This document shows positions 1 through 10,924 of a stretch of DNA of 64,000 nucleotides, piece after piece. The position numbers and the translations under genes are program-made. The notes beneath the pieces are model-generated. The model was not told the origin of the DNA and made no database searches. It was given only the letters and a program-made list of their open reading frames with translations. Source of the stretch: Parcubacteria group bacterium (GTDB taxonomy: Bacteria > Patescibacteriota > Minisyncoccia > Moranbacterales > GCA-2747515). The stretch lies in contig JBAZXC010000002.1 in the NCBI GenBank assembly GCA_041660065.1, forward strand, positions 102,866 through 166,865, written 5' to 3'. Within the stretch, counting starts at the first letter, position 1, and the number at the start of each line of letters is the position of its first letter.

Positions 1-3000
1 ATGTGACCTTCATTGAGCTGTGTGCCCTTTGCCACGAGATCACCCTTCTTGACATTGATCGTTGAATTTGACGGTACATTGTATTTCTTTTGTTGCTTGC
101 GCTTGCCTTCTTTCTCGATCACGATCGTTACAGTTTTTCCGCCATCATCCTCAATATCGACAACTGCACCATCAATCTCGGAAATGATCGACTCGCCCTT
201 TGGCGTACGTGCTTCAAAGATCTCTTCTACACGAGGCAAACCTTGTGTAATATCAGATCCCGCAACACCACCAACGTGAAATGTACGCATCGTAAGTTGT
301 GTACCCGGTTCACCGATTGCCTGTGCTGCGACTGTCCCTACAGCCTGACCAAGTGCAACCAATCCCTTGCGACCGAGATCGACACCATAACACTTTTGAC
401 AAATACCTCGCAATGTCTTACATGATGTTGTCGTACGAATTTTGACCTTTTCGATGCCTGCTTTATCGATTTCCTGCGCTTGCTTTTTGTCGATCAAAAC
501 GCCTGACTCTACGATCACCTTATCCGTCTTTGGATGTTTGATCGCGCCAACCGATGTGCGTCCTTCTACACGTGATCCAAAATTGATACCGATGCGATCG
601 GAGTCTTGACGATAGACATATCCACCCACGCGATCACCACAGTTTTCTTCCGTGACAATCACATCTTGCGCAACATCCACGAGACGTCGTGTGAGATAAC
701 CGGCAGTTGCTGTACGAAGAGCCGTATCTGCCATACCTTTACGCGCACCATGCGTTGAGATGAAATACTCCAACACATCGAGACCTTCTTTGTATGAGCT
801 ACGTACCGGCAACTCCAATGTTTCACCTGTCGCGCCAGCCATAAGACCTTTCATACCGGTCATCTGTACGACAACGGATTCACTACCGCGAGCCTTGGAA
901 TACACCATGGAATATACAGGACCTTCTTTGTCCAATCCTGCACGCACAGCATCCGTAATGTCATCTTTTGCCTTGTTCCATGTATCGATCGTACGGTTCT
1001 TGCGTTCTTCGTTCGTGAGAAGTCCCATATCAAAGCTCTCTTTGATCCCTGCCACTTTTTGCTTTGCATCCTCAAGGATCGCTTTCTTCTCCACCGGCAC
1101 GACGAGATCATCCATGCCCCAACTGATACCGGAAAGTGTAACGCTCTTGAATCCCAGATTTTTGACGCGATCGATAAACGCTGCTGTTTCCTCTTGTCCG
1201 ACAGTGTCAAGCATCTTTCCAACAACATCTTTCAATTCTTTCTTTGTCATTTCTTGATTCAAAAAGCGCATCGATGCCGGCAAAATATCATTGAACATCC
1301 CGCGTCCGGCTGATGTCTTGTAGACTTTGCCCTTATAAAGAAGCGTGATCTCTGCATTGATCGCGATCGCTTCATTTTGATATGCCAAGATCGCCTCATC
1401 AATATTCGCAAAGATTTTTCCCTCACCCTTTGCGCCAGGTTTGATATGCGTGATGTAATAGATTCCCAACACAAGATCCAACGATGGTGTAGTGATCGGC
1501 TCTCCACTTGCAGGCTTGATCAAGTTTTTTGATGAAAGCATGATATTTGCGCTTTCCTCACGTGCCTTATCCGTAAGTGGCACATGTACTGCCATCTGAT
1601 CGCCATCAAAGTCTGCGTTGAATGCGGCACACACCATCGGATGCAACTGGATTGCTTTACCCTCGATCAATACCGGTTGGAATGATTGAATTGACAAACG
1701 GTGAAGGGTCGGCGCGCGGTTAAGCATCACATAATGGTGTGAGATAATATCATCCAAAATTTCATATGCCTCTTCCGTCTCATTGTCCACCATACGTCCT
1801 GCCGTACGCACATTGTGAGCGTACTCGCGTTCGATCAACTTGTTGATGATAAACGGTTTGAAAAGTTCCAATGCCATGCGTTTCGGCAGACCGGCCTGAT
1901 GCAACTTGAGTTGCGGACCAATCACGATAACGCTACGCCCTGAATAATCCACACGCTTACCCAAGAGATTCTGACGGAAACGTCCTTGTTTTCCTTTCAA
2001 TGAATCTGCGAGAGAACGAAGTGGACGTCGTTGTCCGGTTGATGCCGCAACAGATGCTTGTCCACGTCGTGCTGAATTATCAAAGAGTGCATCAACCGCC
2101 TCTTGCAACATACGCTTCTCATTACGTGTGATCACTTCCGGTGCACGCAATTCGAGCAATTTTTTCAGACGATTGTTACGGTTGATGATACGACGATAGA
2201 GATCATTGAGATCGGACGTTGCAAAACGTCCACCATCCAATGCAACCATCGGACGGAGATCCGGCGGGATCACAGGAATGATCGTCGGCAGCATCCATTC
2301 CAAATGAATATCTGCTTTTTTTATGCCCTGATAAAATTTGATCCGCTTGAGAAGTTTTTTCTTGAGAATGGAGTCCGCATCGTCGAGATGTTGCACGAGA
2401 CTTTTCATCATGTCATCCACATTCATATTCTTCAAGATTTTCTGCACAGCCTCCGCGCCAATTCCCGCAGTAAAAACTTGACCAAAACTCGTAGACAGAT
2501 TGAAATATTCCACCTCGCTCAAGATCTGATACAAAGCAAGAGATCGCAACGCATCACGTTTACTGCGATATTGTTTTTTGAGTTCTTGCATTCTCTCATC
2601 ATCACCGCTGGTTTTGATCTCCTTTTGCTTGTGCTTGAATTCACTCTCAAGATTTTCCATCGCTTTTTCACGCGCATCATCATCTACATCCGTCACGATA
2701 TATGATGAAAAGTAGATCACTTTTTCCAATGCCTGTGGGGAAAGTCCGAGAGCGAGACCAATCTTACTCGGCACACCGCGCAAAAACCAAATGTGTGATA
2801 CAGGCACAGCAAGCTGAATATGTCCCATGCGCTCACGACGAATGATCGAACGTGTTACTTCAACACCGCATTTGTCACATGTGATTCCTTTATAACGAAT
2901 ACGCTTGTATTTTCCACAATAACATTCCCAATCCTTTGACGGACCAAAAATGCGTTCACAAAACAAACCGTCCATTTCATAACGTTGTGTACGATAGTTG

Positions 3001-3110
3001 ATCGTTTCCGGTTTTGTGATCTCACCATGCGACCATCCGAGAATATTTTCCGGACTTGCGAGTCGGAGTCGGACGCTGTCGAAATCACTTACTTTTGTTG
3101 CATTTTCCAT
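1..3110 (-). CDS. rpoC: DNA-directed RNA polymerase subunit beta-prime (partial; C-terminus runs off the window start)
   Basis: Minus-strand translation from the ATG at 3108-3110 gives [85 protein letters not shown] (N-terminal Zn-finger). Downstream motifs include [14 protein letters not shown] (catalytic DxDGD). The frame is open to position 1 with no stop, which is why the ORF track does not list it. It sits immediately downstream of rpoB. Confidence 0.95.
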   Translation of the reverse strand, partial: MENATKVSDFDSVRLRLASPENILGWSHGEITKPETINYRTQRYEMDGLFCERIFGPSKDWECYCGKYKRIRYKGITCDKCGVEVTRSIIRRERMGHIQLAVPVSHIWFLRGVPSKIGLALGLSPQALEKVIYFSSYIVTDVDDDAREKAMENLESEFKHKQKEIKTSGDDERMQELKKQYRSKRDALRSLALYQILSEVEYFNLSTSFGQVFTAGIGAEAVQKILKNMNVDDMMKSLVQHLDDADSILKKKLLKRIKFYQGIKKADIHLEWMLPTIIPVIPPDLRPMVALDGGRFATSDLNDLYRRIINRNNRLKKLLELRAPEVITRNEKRMLQEAVDALFDNSARRGQASVAASTGQRRPLRSLADSLKGKQGRFRQNLLGKRVDYSGRSVIVIGPQLKLHQAGLPKRMALELFKPFIINKLIEREYAHNVRTAGRMVDNETEEAYEILDDIISHHYVMLNRAPTLHRLSIQSFQPVLIEGKAIQLHPMVCAAFNADFDGDQMAVHVPLTDKAREESANIMLSSKNLIKPASGEPITTPSLDLVLGIYYITHIKPGAKGEGKIFANIDEAILAYQNEAIAINAEITLLYKGKVYKTSAGRGMFNDILPASMRFLNQEMTKKELKDVVGKMLDTVGQEETAAFIDRVKNLGFKSVTLSGISWGMDDLVVPVEKKAILEDAKQKVAGIKESFDMGLLTNEERKNRTIDTWNKAKDDITDAVRAGLDKEGPVYSMVYSKARGSESVVVQMTGMKGLMAGATGETLELPVRSSYKEGLDVLEYFISTHGARKGMADTALRTATAGYLTRRLVDVAQDVIVTEENCGDRVGGYVYRQDSDRIGINFGSRVEGRTSVGAIKHPKTDKVIVESGVLIDKKQAQEIDKAGIEKVKIRTTTSCKTLRGICQKCYGVDLGRKGLVALGQAVGTVAAQAIGEPGTQLTMRTFHVGGVAGSDITQGLPRVEEIFEARTPKGESIISEIDGAVVDIEDDGGKTVTIVIEKEGKRKQQKKYNVPSNSTINVKKGDLVAKGTQLNEGH

Positions 3111-3146
3111 ATGTTTGATAAAGTTTAGATTTAATACATCGATGCA

Positions 3147-6100
3147 TTACTTCTCTTCTTTTTTTGCATCTTGTGCATCCTTCTCATCTGACTCGACTTT
3201 TTGTCCGATGAGTTCCACATCCAAACACAAACCCTTGAGTTCATTCACCAAAACATGGAATGACGCCGGAAGATTTGGACTCTTGATCTCTTCGCCCTTG
3301 ATGATTGCCTCATACGCCTTTGAACGTCCGAGTACATCATCAGATTTGATCGTCAACATTTCTTGCAATGTATGAGCGGCACCATAACCTTCCAATGCCC
3401 ATACCTCCATCTCTCCAAAACGCTGTCCACCAAACTGTGCTTTACCACCAAGCGGTTGTTGTGTGATCAATGAGTATGGTCCGATCGAGCGCATATGCAA
3501 CTTATCATCAACGAGATGATTCAACTTCATAATATACATCACACCGACAGTTGACTCATTATCAAACGGGCGTCCCGTCTTTCCATCGATCAAACCGATC
3601 TTTCCGCTTTCTGGAAGTCCCGCTGATTTAAGTTCTGCTTTGATATCTGCTTCAGATACACCGTCAAGCGCAGGTGTTGCTGCCGTGTAGCCATGCGCAC
3701 GTGCTGCCCATCCGAGATGCGTCTCCAAGATCTGACCGATATTCATACGACTTGCTACACCCAACGGATTCAAGATCACATCAACCGGTGTGCCGTCTGG
3801 CAAGTATGGCATATCCTCCACCGGTGCAATACGCGAGATCACACCCTTATTTCCATGACGCCCTGCGAGCTTGTCACCGACTGCGATTTTGCGCAATTGC
3901 GCAACAGAAATCTGAATTTGCTGGCTTACGCCTGTTGGCAAACGATCACCCTGATCTCGTGTAAATACTTTGATATCCACAACTTTTCCATGTTCACCAT
4001 GTGGTAAATACAGAGAAGAATCTTTTACATCACGGGATTTCTCACCAAAGATCGCACGAAGGAGACGTTCCTCTGCTGTGAGGTCACCCTCACCCTTTGG
4101 TGTGATCTTTCCGATCAAGATATCTCCCGATGACACTTCCGCTCCGATGCGCACGATGCCCGTCTCATCCAAGTTCTTCAGACGGTCTTCACCAATATTT
4201 GGGATATCACGTGTTACGATCTCAGGTCCGAGCTTTGTGTCACGCACATCCAATGAAAAATCTTCAATGTGGATCGAGCTATAACGGTCATCCTGCAATA
4301 CCTTTTCTGAAATGATGATCGCATCCTCAAAGTTAAATCCTTCCCATGGCACGAAAGCCACGAGCATATTTTGTCCGAGCGCAAGCTCACCATGATCAGT
4401 TGATGATCCGTCTGCGAGCAATTGCCCTTTCTTGATCACATCACCCTTGAGTACACGCGGCACCTGATTCATCGATGTAAACGCGTTGGACTTCATAAAT
4501 GTATGAAGCAAGTATTCTCTTTTATTTGTTTTTTTCTTCGCACCTGCCGGTGCTTCTTCTTCCACGACAATATGATTGCCATCCACAGAAATCACCTTTC
4601 CCGGGTTTTTTGCAATCACTGCCTGACCGGAATCCGCTGCCGCTTTGTCTTCGATACCTGTTCCCACAAGCGGTGCTTCCGGTTTGACACACGACACAGC
4701 CTGACGTTGCATGTTCGAGCCCATAAGTGCACGGTTTGCATCATCATGCTCCAAGAAAGGAATAAGTGCTGTCGCCACAGAAATACACTGCTTTGGTGAC
4801 ACGTCAATATATTCAACACTTGTCACACTTACCATATCCGGCTGACCGCTGACACGCGCTTCTACCATCTTTTCCACGATGTTGCGATGCTCATCAAGTA
4901 CTGTGCCACCATGTGCGATCGTCAATCGATCTTCTACAGTCGCATTGATATATTCGATTTTGTCCGTTACAAACGGCACGACATGGATCATGTCTTTTTT
5001 CTCTTTCGCGATCTTTTTTGCAAGAGTTTCATCGATCAATGTACCGATAGCACAATCACCGATTTTCTCCGTTAAAATACGACCGACAAGATCATCTGCA
5101 GTATTTGCGACTTCTTGCGCCACTTTCAAGTATGGTGTTTCGAGAAATCCATATTCATTGATCCGTGCATATGTCGCCAAATGTCCGACGAGTCCGATAT
5201 TCGGTCCTTCCGGTGTTTCTACAGGACAGATGCGTCCATAATGAGAATGATGCACATCACGCACTTCAAATCCCGCACGCTCACGCGTCAAACCACCGGG
5301 TCCAAGGGCACTTAAGCGACGCTTATGCTCCAACTCTGCAAGCGGATTTACCTGATCCATAAACTGCGACAACTGTGAGCTGGAAAAAAATTCTTTGATC
5401 GCAGCTGCAACCGGACGAGAATTGATGATCTGTCCCGGCACAACCGTATCCACATCACACGTACTCATGCGATCTTTGATATTGCGTGCCATACGCGCAA
5501 AACCGATACGCATTTTGTTTTGGATAAGTTCTCCCACACCACGCACGCGACGATTGCCCAAATGATCGATATCATCTGCCTGTGCTTGCGGATTATTGTT
5601 CATGCGAATGATCTCCTTGATAATGAGAACAAAGTCCTCCACATTTAAAATACGATTTTCTGGGTTATTTGCTCTATCAAGTTTCAATCGTTGGTTGAGA
5701 CGGTATCGTCCCACCGCACCAAAGTCATAACGATCAAAGTTAAAAAACATTGCATCAACCATTTGTTTTGCATTCTCTTCTGTTGCAAGGTCTCCCGGAC
5801 GTACGCGTTTATATACCTCCTTGTATCCCTCACCTTGCGATGTTGTAATATCTTTTGCAAGCGTTTCACCGATATGATCTACGTCGATCACTTCCACATC
5901 CTGTGCAAAAAGTGCACGAATCTGATCATTAGTACCATGCCCAAAAGCACGCAATAGCGCCGTCACCGGCAATTTGCGCTTACGATCGATCTTCACATAG
6001 ATCACACCATCACGATCTGTCTCAAGCTCCAACCATGCACCACGATTTGGAATGATTTTTGCACCAAAAAACTTACGGCCTTTGATGTATTCCATCGAAA

Positions 6101-6560
6101 AGAACACGCCGGGGGATCGGATGAGTTGTGATACGATCACACGCTCCACACCATTGATAATAAACGTTCCACGATCTGTCATGATCGGAAATTCTCCAAA
6201 GTAGATCTCTTGCTCCTTTACTTCCCCGGTCTTTTTGAACACAAGCTTTGCTGTTGCGCGAAGCGGTGCCTCATAAGAAATATTTTTTGCGCGCGACGTC
6301 AACTCGTCGTATTTGGATTCGTCCAAGAAGTAATTGGAAAGAGAAAGTTCCATTTCCTTTCCGGCAAAATCAACGATTGGATTTACTTCATCCAATAGCT
6401 CCTGCAATCCTTTTTCCAAAAACCATTCATACGAAGCCGTCTGTGCCTCGATAAGATTTGGCAATGACACAGCTAACTGTTTCTTGAAAAACTTTCGTTT
6501 TGCAAGAGACGAAGAGGCGCTGAATTTCCCCTTTACCTTCATTTTCTTGTTTTCAACCAT
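3147..6560 (-). CDS. rpoB: DNA-directed RNA polymerase subunit beta
   Basis: The 1151-aa ORF carries RpoB hallmarks (GFEVRDVHHSHYGRICPVETPEGPNIGLV, QRFGEMEVWALEGYGAAHTLQEMLT). The track start at 6602 is a TTG. An in-frame ATG at 6560 (MVENKKMKVKGKF...) follows a GGGAGG Shine-Dalgarno 7 nt upstream, so 6560 is the likely start. Confidence 0.96.
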   Translation of the reverse strand: MVENKKMKVKGKFSASSSLAKRKFFKKQLAVSLPNLIEAQTASYEWFLEKGLQELLDEVNPIVDFAGKEMELSLSNYFLDESKYDELTSRAKNISYEAPLRATAKLVFKKTGEVKEQEIYFGEFPIMTDRGTFIINGVERVIVSQLIRSPGVFFSMEYIKGRKFFGAKIIPNRGAWLELETDRDGVIYVKIDRKRKLPVTALLRAFGHGTNDQIRALFAQDVEVIDVDHIGETLAKDITTSQGEGYKEVYKRVRPGDLATEENAKQMVDAMFFNFDRYDFGAVGRYRLNQRLKLDRANNPENRILNVEDFVLIIKEIIRMNNNPQAQADDIDHLGNRRVRGVGELIQNKMRIGFARMARNIKDRMSTCDVDTVVPGQIINSRPVAAAIKEFFSSSQLSQFMDQVNPLAELEHKRRLSALGPGGLTRERAGFEVRDVHHSHYGRICPVETPEGPNIGLVGHLATYARINEYGFLETPYLKVAQEVANTADDLVGRILTEKIGDCAIGTLIDETLAKKIAKEKKDMIHVVPFVTDKIEYINATVEDRLTIAHGGTVLDEHRNIVEKMVEARVSGQPDMVSVTSVEYIDVSPKQCISVATALIPFLEHDDANRALMGSNMQRQAVSCVKPEAPLVGTGIEDKAAADSGQAVIAKNPGKVISVDGNHIVVEEEAPAGAKKKTNKREYLLHTFMKSNAFTSMNQVPRVLKGDVIKKGQLLADGSSTDHGELALGQNMLVAFVPWEGFNFEDAIIISEKVLQDDRYSSIHIEDFSLDVRDTKLGPEIVTRDIPNIGEDRLKNLDETGIVRIGAEVSSGDILIGKITPKGEGDLTAEERLLRAIFGEKSRDVKDSSLYLPHGEHGKVVDIKVFTRDQGDRLPTGVSQQIQISVAQLRKIAVGDKLAGRHGNKGVISRIAPVEDMPYLPDGTPVDVILNPLGVASRMNIGQILETHLGWAARAHGYTAATPALDGVSEADIKAELKSAGLPESGKIGLIDGKTGRPFDNESTVGVMYIMKLNHLVDDKLHMRSIGPYSLITQQPLGGKAQFGGQRFGEMEVWALEGYGAAHTLQEMLTIKSDDVLGRSKAYEAIIKGEEIKSPNLPASFHVLVNELKGLCLDVELIGQKVESDEKDAQDAKKEEK

Positions 6561-6767
6561 AAAAAGACCTCCCATCATCTCGGTATTCTTTACTTTGTTC
6601 AACGTCTTGAAAGTATAAGAAATACCTTTCTGATGGAGTTTTGAATGATTAACTATTTAATTGTCGCACAAAAATGTCCGATGTGATGCATCCAATTTGA
6701 CACGAAATTCCCTGTTTTCCAACAAAAAATTCGTACCATTAAAGTGGATTATTTTTCAGTACCATGA

Positions 6768-6796
6768 ATAATAGCAGGAAAAAAATATGTTGTCAA
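6768..6796 (-). promoter_or_regulatory. sigma70-like promoter upstream of rpoB (TTGACA, 17-nt spacer, TATTAT)
   Basis: Minus strand reads TTGACA acatatttttttcctgc TATTAT. It lies about 200 nt upstream of the rpoB start. Confidence 0.5.
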
Positions 6797-6867
6797 CTAT
6801 ATTTTTGGTTATCATTACCGCATAATTGAACGGGATCTGCCTACATTATGCACAACTTATCCACAGC

Positions 6868-6898
6868 AAGCAAAAACCCCCACAAATCGTGAGGGTTT
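6868..6898 (-). terminator. Hairpin plus T-run downstream of the thioredoxin-like gene
   Basis: Minus strand reads aaaccctcacgatttgtgggggttttt: a GC stem, then a T-run, 30 nt past the stop at 6928. Confidence 0.35.
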
Positions 6899-6927
6899 CT
6901 CGATTGTTTATAATCTCTGTGCAATTC

Positions 6928-8109
6928 TTATGCGCCACAATCTGCGGTTGTATTTGCGTTGGCTGCGGCAGCTGTGCCTGAACCGAATCCTGGTGCCGGT
7001 GCATCACTGGACATTTCTGTCTGACATGCTGCCGGTTGTGTATTGAATGCGGAGCAAATCGCTTTCATGAGACTTGCGCTATCACGACCGGATTGGATCA
7101 ATTCCCCATTGATCACAAGAGTCGGCGATCCTTGGACACCATATTTCTCATTATCCGCCTTTGAGATGTTGAACTGAGGAAACTGTCCACTCACCCATGA
7201 CGACTTATCATTGAACAATTCTGTAACTTTGAATGCTTTATCTGTTTGCGCCACGCACTGCGCCAAAAGCGTTTGATTGACCAATGCTGTCTGCATGCAT
7301 GCTTTTTCATCCTGTTTTTCCAAAAAGCATCCAAGATACGCATGAAATTTTTGCGGTTCTTTTTCCTGGATGCAATACTGACGCAATTCTTCCTTCACTT
7401 CTTTCTCACCATGCATTGCATAATCCACAAATTTGAATTTTGCATTGACAGTTGTGCCAAGAGCTTTCAACACCGGCAAAATGCCCTTCTCGATCTGCGT
7501 ACCATATGGGCAGTGACTCATCACAAAGATCTCAACTTCCGGTTTATCTGATTTTGTCTGCACTTCTGTAGTCTCAGTTGTTGTGGCATCCTCTTCCGCG
7601 CTCTTTTCTTCAAGTTGCTTTGTATCAACAAGCTGCGGAATAAACTTGGTCATATCTTTTGACATGTACGACGTCACTTCTTGACCCTCTACAGTAATGA
7701 TCATTTTATAGAGACCGCTTTCTTCTGTGATTTTACCGATCTCAACCTTTGTGCCTTCCGGAACCAGTTGACCGGTGATCATTTTCATCGCATTATCCCG
7801 AACTTCCTGCGCCACCTTTTCTTTTACAGGACGTTCTTCGCCGACGTTGTCACGTTTTTGCATTTGGAAATATGCAATAGCACCCACTGCCAGAACGACG
7901 ATCACAAGCCAAATAAAAATATTCTTTCCTCCTTGTATGCCACAGCACACATCACCGCATGTCTTTCCTTCGCATGAGCCTCCTTCGCATACACCATCCT
8001 TACATGTGCCACTCTCACACGTTCCTCCCTCGCATGAACCTTTTGCCTCCTCTTCCGGAGTTTTCTTTTCCTCTACCACTTCTTCTGTCTTTTTTTCCTC
8101 TGACATCAT
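6928..8109 (-). CDS. Membrane-anchored thioredoxin-fold (DsbA-like) protein with an N-terminal Cys-rich tail
   Basis: The N-terminus has CxGGxC/CxxGxC repeats (GSCEGGTCESGTCKDGVCEGGSCEGKTCGDVCCG). One TM helix follows (IFIWLVIVVLAVGAIAYF). The C-terminal domain has the SHCPYG CxxC motif typical of the thioredoxin/DsbA fold. Confidence 0.6.
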   Translation of the reverse strand: MMSEEKKTEEVVEEKKTPEEEAKGSCEGGTCESGTCKDGVCEGGSCEGKTCGDVCCGIQGGKNIFIWLVIVVLAVGAIAYFQMQKRDNVGEERPVKEKVAQEVRDNAMKMITGQLVPEGTKVEIGKITEESGLYKMIITVEGQEVTSYMSKDMTKFIPQLVDTKQLEEKSAEEDATTTETTEVQTKSDKPEVEIFVMSHCPYGTQIEKGILPVLKALGTTVNAKFKFVDYAMHGEKEVKEELRQYCIQEKEPQKFHAYLGCFLEKQDEKACMQTALVNQTLLAQCVAQTDKAFKVTELFNDKSSWVSGQFPQFNISKADNEKYGVQGSPTLVINGELIQSGRDSASLMKAICSAFNTQPAACQTEMSSDAPAPGFGSGTAAAANANTTADCGA

Positions 8110-8195
8110 TTTGTAATTACAAATTATATTATGTATTGATATATATTATATCATTTTCTTGATCATTCTCAAGAAAATAGGTTTCTCTCATCATA

Positions 8196-8486
8196 TCATG
8201 ACTGCGCATGACGCGCAAAATTGAGCGTCTTGATGATCGTTCGCGCAATTCGCGCTGTGGTGTACCCCTTGGGAATGTCCGCCACAAGCACAAAATCGTC
8301 CACATCTTCCACGACACGCTCATTGCGCATGAGAATGTCCTCGATCGCCGGAAAGAATTTTTCCAATAGATCATTGTCATCCACCCACTGCATGCGATCA
8401 AGATCCTGATCGTTGTCACGTAATACGAGCGCGACATCTTTTTCTTTCAATGATAATTCTATTTGCATACCCATGTGCCTTATCAA
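8196..8486 (-). CDS. Hypothetical acidic protein (96 aa)
   Basis: Tightly spaced ORF in a co-directional gene run. No recognisable motif. Confidence 0.35.
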   Translation of the reverse strand: MIRHMGMQIELSLKEKDVALVLRDNDQDLDRMQWVDDNDLLEKFFPAIEDILMRNERVVEDVDDFVLVADIPKGYTTARIARTIIKTLNFARHAQS

Positions 8487-8541
8487 AAATAATCACCCCT
8501 CTATTGTACTCATATAACACAAATACACAACAAAAACATTT

Positions 8542-9246
8542 CTACAGTTGGCTTGTGATATATTGCATTTCCATTTTTTCATCCCCATATGCAGAAAAAG
8601 TACTTTCAATAATGATTGGTCGCTCTTTCTGCTTCAGTGCACCGACAATCTCATTTTGACATGTTTCAAAAAGTGGCACATGCAACAACTCTGGGCCATA
8701 TCCGCTGATATGATACCCCACAATACGATCGCCGAATTGTGCATGTAATTCTTTTGCCAATTGCATTGACGGGTCATTGACAAAACAATGTTGCAGATCG
8801 ATCACAAGTCCAAAGGGATATCGATCCAGAAGAGACTGTACATCGTCAAGAGTTCTGAACGACTTTTTGCGATCATCCATATTCTCGATTGCCACGGGGA
8901 TTTTGTATTGACTGATAATATCCCATCGCTTCACCGCATCTGGATGAAAGACGACATATGTAGCAGAAAATCGCGCACTCAATTCTTCCAACTGTTTCAA
9001 TAATACATGTGACACGGCATCGTCATCATACGCAATTACAGGTGCATGAATGGAAATGTGATCGAATTGCATAATATGCGCATGTTCCCCCGCAGAAAGA
9101 AATTTTACATGTTCCTCTGTGTGACACATTAACTCAATCGCACGTGCACCGGTAGCACAAAAACGATCCACTAATTCTTTGGAAAATCGCTCATGACTAT
9201 TATTTTGCAATCGATAAAAAACCCCGCACGAAAAACCAATGACCAT
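8542..9246 (-). CDS. Xylose-isomerase-like TIM-barrel protein (AP endonuclease family 2 / sugar phosphate isomerase-epimerase superfamily)
   Basis: Motifs resemble the Nfo/xylose-isomerase-like fold: ISIHAP, VVFHPD, IENM, DLQHCF. Confidence 0.4.
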   Translation of the reverse strand: MVIGFSCGVFYRLQNNSHERFSKELVDRFCATGARAIELMCHTEEHVKFLSAGEHAHIMQFDHISIHAPVIAYDDDAVSHVLLKQLEELSARFSATYVVFHPDAVKRWDIISQYKIPVAIENMDDRKKSFRTLDDVQSLLDRYPFGLVIDLQHCFVNDPSMQLAKELHAQFGDRIVGYHISGYGPELLHVPLFETCQNEIVGALKQKERPIIIESTFSAYGDEKMEMQYITSQL

Positions 9247-9263
9247 ACTATATAAAAGTTATG

Positions 9264-9476
9264 TTATCTTTCATTCACGGTATACACGTCATCATCAAAT
9301 TCGATGAAAAAATGATGGCGTTCATGATCTTGAAAATATGCCGTTCCCTTATGTTTTGCATACCCAAAGATCGTGTTAAATTCATCCGTATCCAAATGAT
9401 TTTCCAAATAAAGCATCAGATCACTTGCGTCATCGTTCATGTGAATACGGCATCCGTGCAAAATACTTTCTTTCAT
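9264..9476 (-). CDS. Hypothetical small protein (70 aa)
   Basis: Fills the gap between flanking minus-strand genes. No motif recognised. Confidence 0.3.
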   Translation of the reverse strand: MKESILHGCRIHMNDDASDLMLYLENHLDTDEFNTIFGYAKHKGTAYFQDHERHHFFIEFDDDVYTVNER

Positions 9477-9497
9477 AATATTCTTTAAAATAATTAC

Positions 9498-10742
9498 TTA
9501 TGCCTCCTTTTTGCATTTTTCAACAATTTCTTCAACCGTCATAATAATGCTTTCAGATTCCGTACGACGACGCACTTCTACGCCACCCTGCTCAAGCGAC
9601 TTTTTGCTCACAACCACGCGATATGGACAACCGATTAGATCTGCATCTGCAAATTTTTCCCCGGCACGTACATTCCGATCATCATAAAGCACTTCTATGC
9701 CGGCAACGGTCAACCGGTCATAAATTTTTTGTGCTTGCTCATCTTGCTCTAGACTGACCAAATGCACAAGGAAAGGCGCAATGATATCAGGCCAGACGAG
9801 ACCTTTGTCATCTGCAAATAATTCCGTCACTACACCCATTACACGCGCAGGGCCAATGCCATAGGAACCCATGATCACCTTTTGTTTCGTGCCATCTTGT
9901 GTATCGTATGTGAGATCAAATGCATCACTGAATTTTGTACCAAGTGAAAAGATATTGCCCACCTCCGCCGCTTTTTTTTGCACAAGAGACTCTTTGCTCA
10001 CGCCAAGATCTGCCAATACCTCATCAGTGTATACTTCTTGATTGATCGCCATGTTCTTTTCTTCACTGACATAAATGATGTCTTCTCCGGCATCGCACAC
10101 TGTCTGGAATTCATGTGAATACTTGCTAAATGTGCCACCACCGGCAAATGTCAGATATGTGTGATCACCAATACCCACACGACGAAAGATATTGAGGTAT
10201 GCTTTTTTTGCATTTTCGTAGAACATTTCATGTTCTTTTTGATCAGGTGAAAAAGAATATGCGTCTTTCATAATAAATTCCCTCCCACGCATGATCCCAC
10301 TCTTCGCACGCGCCTCATTACGAAACTTCGTTTGAAATTGGTACACACTAAATGGAAGATTTTTGTACGACGACACATGATCTTTCATCATGGACGTTAA
10401 CACTTCCTCATGTGTAAATGCCAAGCCTACCTCTGTGCCATTTTTCAGTGACGTCTTAAACCAGTTGTCTACCACCTCATCACTCCACCGTCCAGTCGTG
10501 CCCCACACGTCTTTGCTCTGCAATGATGTCATAAATAATTCCTGACACCCGATTGCATCCATTTCTTCGCGGATGATACCGATGACTTTATTGAGAACAC
10601 GCAGCCCCAATGGGAGAAAGCTGTACGCGCCAGCCATTTCCTTGTGAATAAATCCTGCACGGATGAGTAGCTGAGCATTTTTACTCACTTCGTCTTGTGG
10701 TGCAAACTTTTGCGTCCTGGTAAATAATTGCGATTGTTTCAT
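9498..10742 (-). CDS. proS: Prolyl-tRNA synthetase, short form without the editing insertion
   Basis: Class II aaRS ProRS motifs are present (FTRTQK, AGAYSFLPLGLRVL, GYGIGPARVMG). The 414-aa length implies the INS editing domain is absent. Confidence 0.88.
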   Translation of the reverse strand: MKQSQLFTRTQKFAPQDEVSKNAQLLIRAGFIHKEMAGAYSFLPLGLRVLNKVIGIIREEMDAIGCQELFMTSLQSKDVWGTTGRWSDEVVDNWFKTSLKNGTEVGLAFTHEEVLTSMMKDHVSSYKNLPFSVYQFQTKFRNEARAKSGIMRGREFIMKDAYSFSPDQKEHEMFYENAKKAYLNIFRRVGIGDHTYLTFAGGGTFSKYSHEFQTVCDAGEDIIYVSEEKNMAINQEVYTDEVLADLGVSKESLVQKKAAEVGNIFSLGTKFSDAFDLTYDTQDGTKQKVIMGSYGIGPARVMGVVTELFADDKGLVWPDIIAPFLVHLVSLEQDEQAQKIYDRLTVAGIEVLYDDRNVRAGEKFADADLIGCPYRVVVSKKSLEQGGVEVRRRTESESIIMTVEEIVEKCKKEA

Positions 10743-10924
10743 AAAATTGACATTAAAAAAATAAAAGATCGTGAAAGTTAAAGAATTACCCTCACGGGGA
10801 TATAGTTGTATGCATTATAGAAAAAATGGGTATTGCAAAACATATCGTAATATTCATTACTTCATTGCTTCCATCATATTATCCAAACACCTTTTCGTCA
10901 AAGAAATCACAAGTAAACAAATAT

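Noticed and set aside
13-3088. Plus-strand ORFs overlapping rpoC (13-279, 90-425, 760-1257, 1059-1313, 2103-2705, 2998-3375) and minus ORFs 860-1228, 1259-1507, 2855-3088
   Set aside because: All lie inside the long open rpoC frame on the minus strand, or out of frame with it. Low-complexity translations, no motifs; classic antisense/shadow ORFs.
3674-6618. Numerous 60-125-aa plus-strand ORFs and short out-of-frame minus ORFs across rpoB
   Set aside because: They are antisense or out of frame to an unambiguous 1138-aa rpoB. None has start signals or a conserved sequence.
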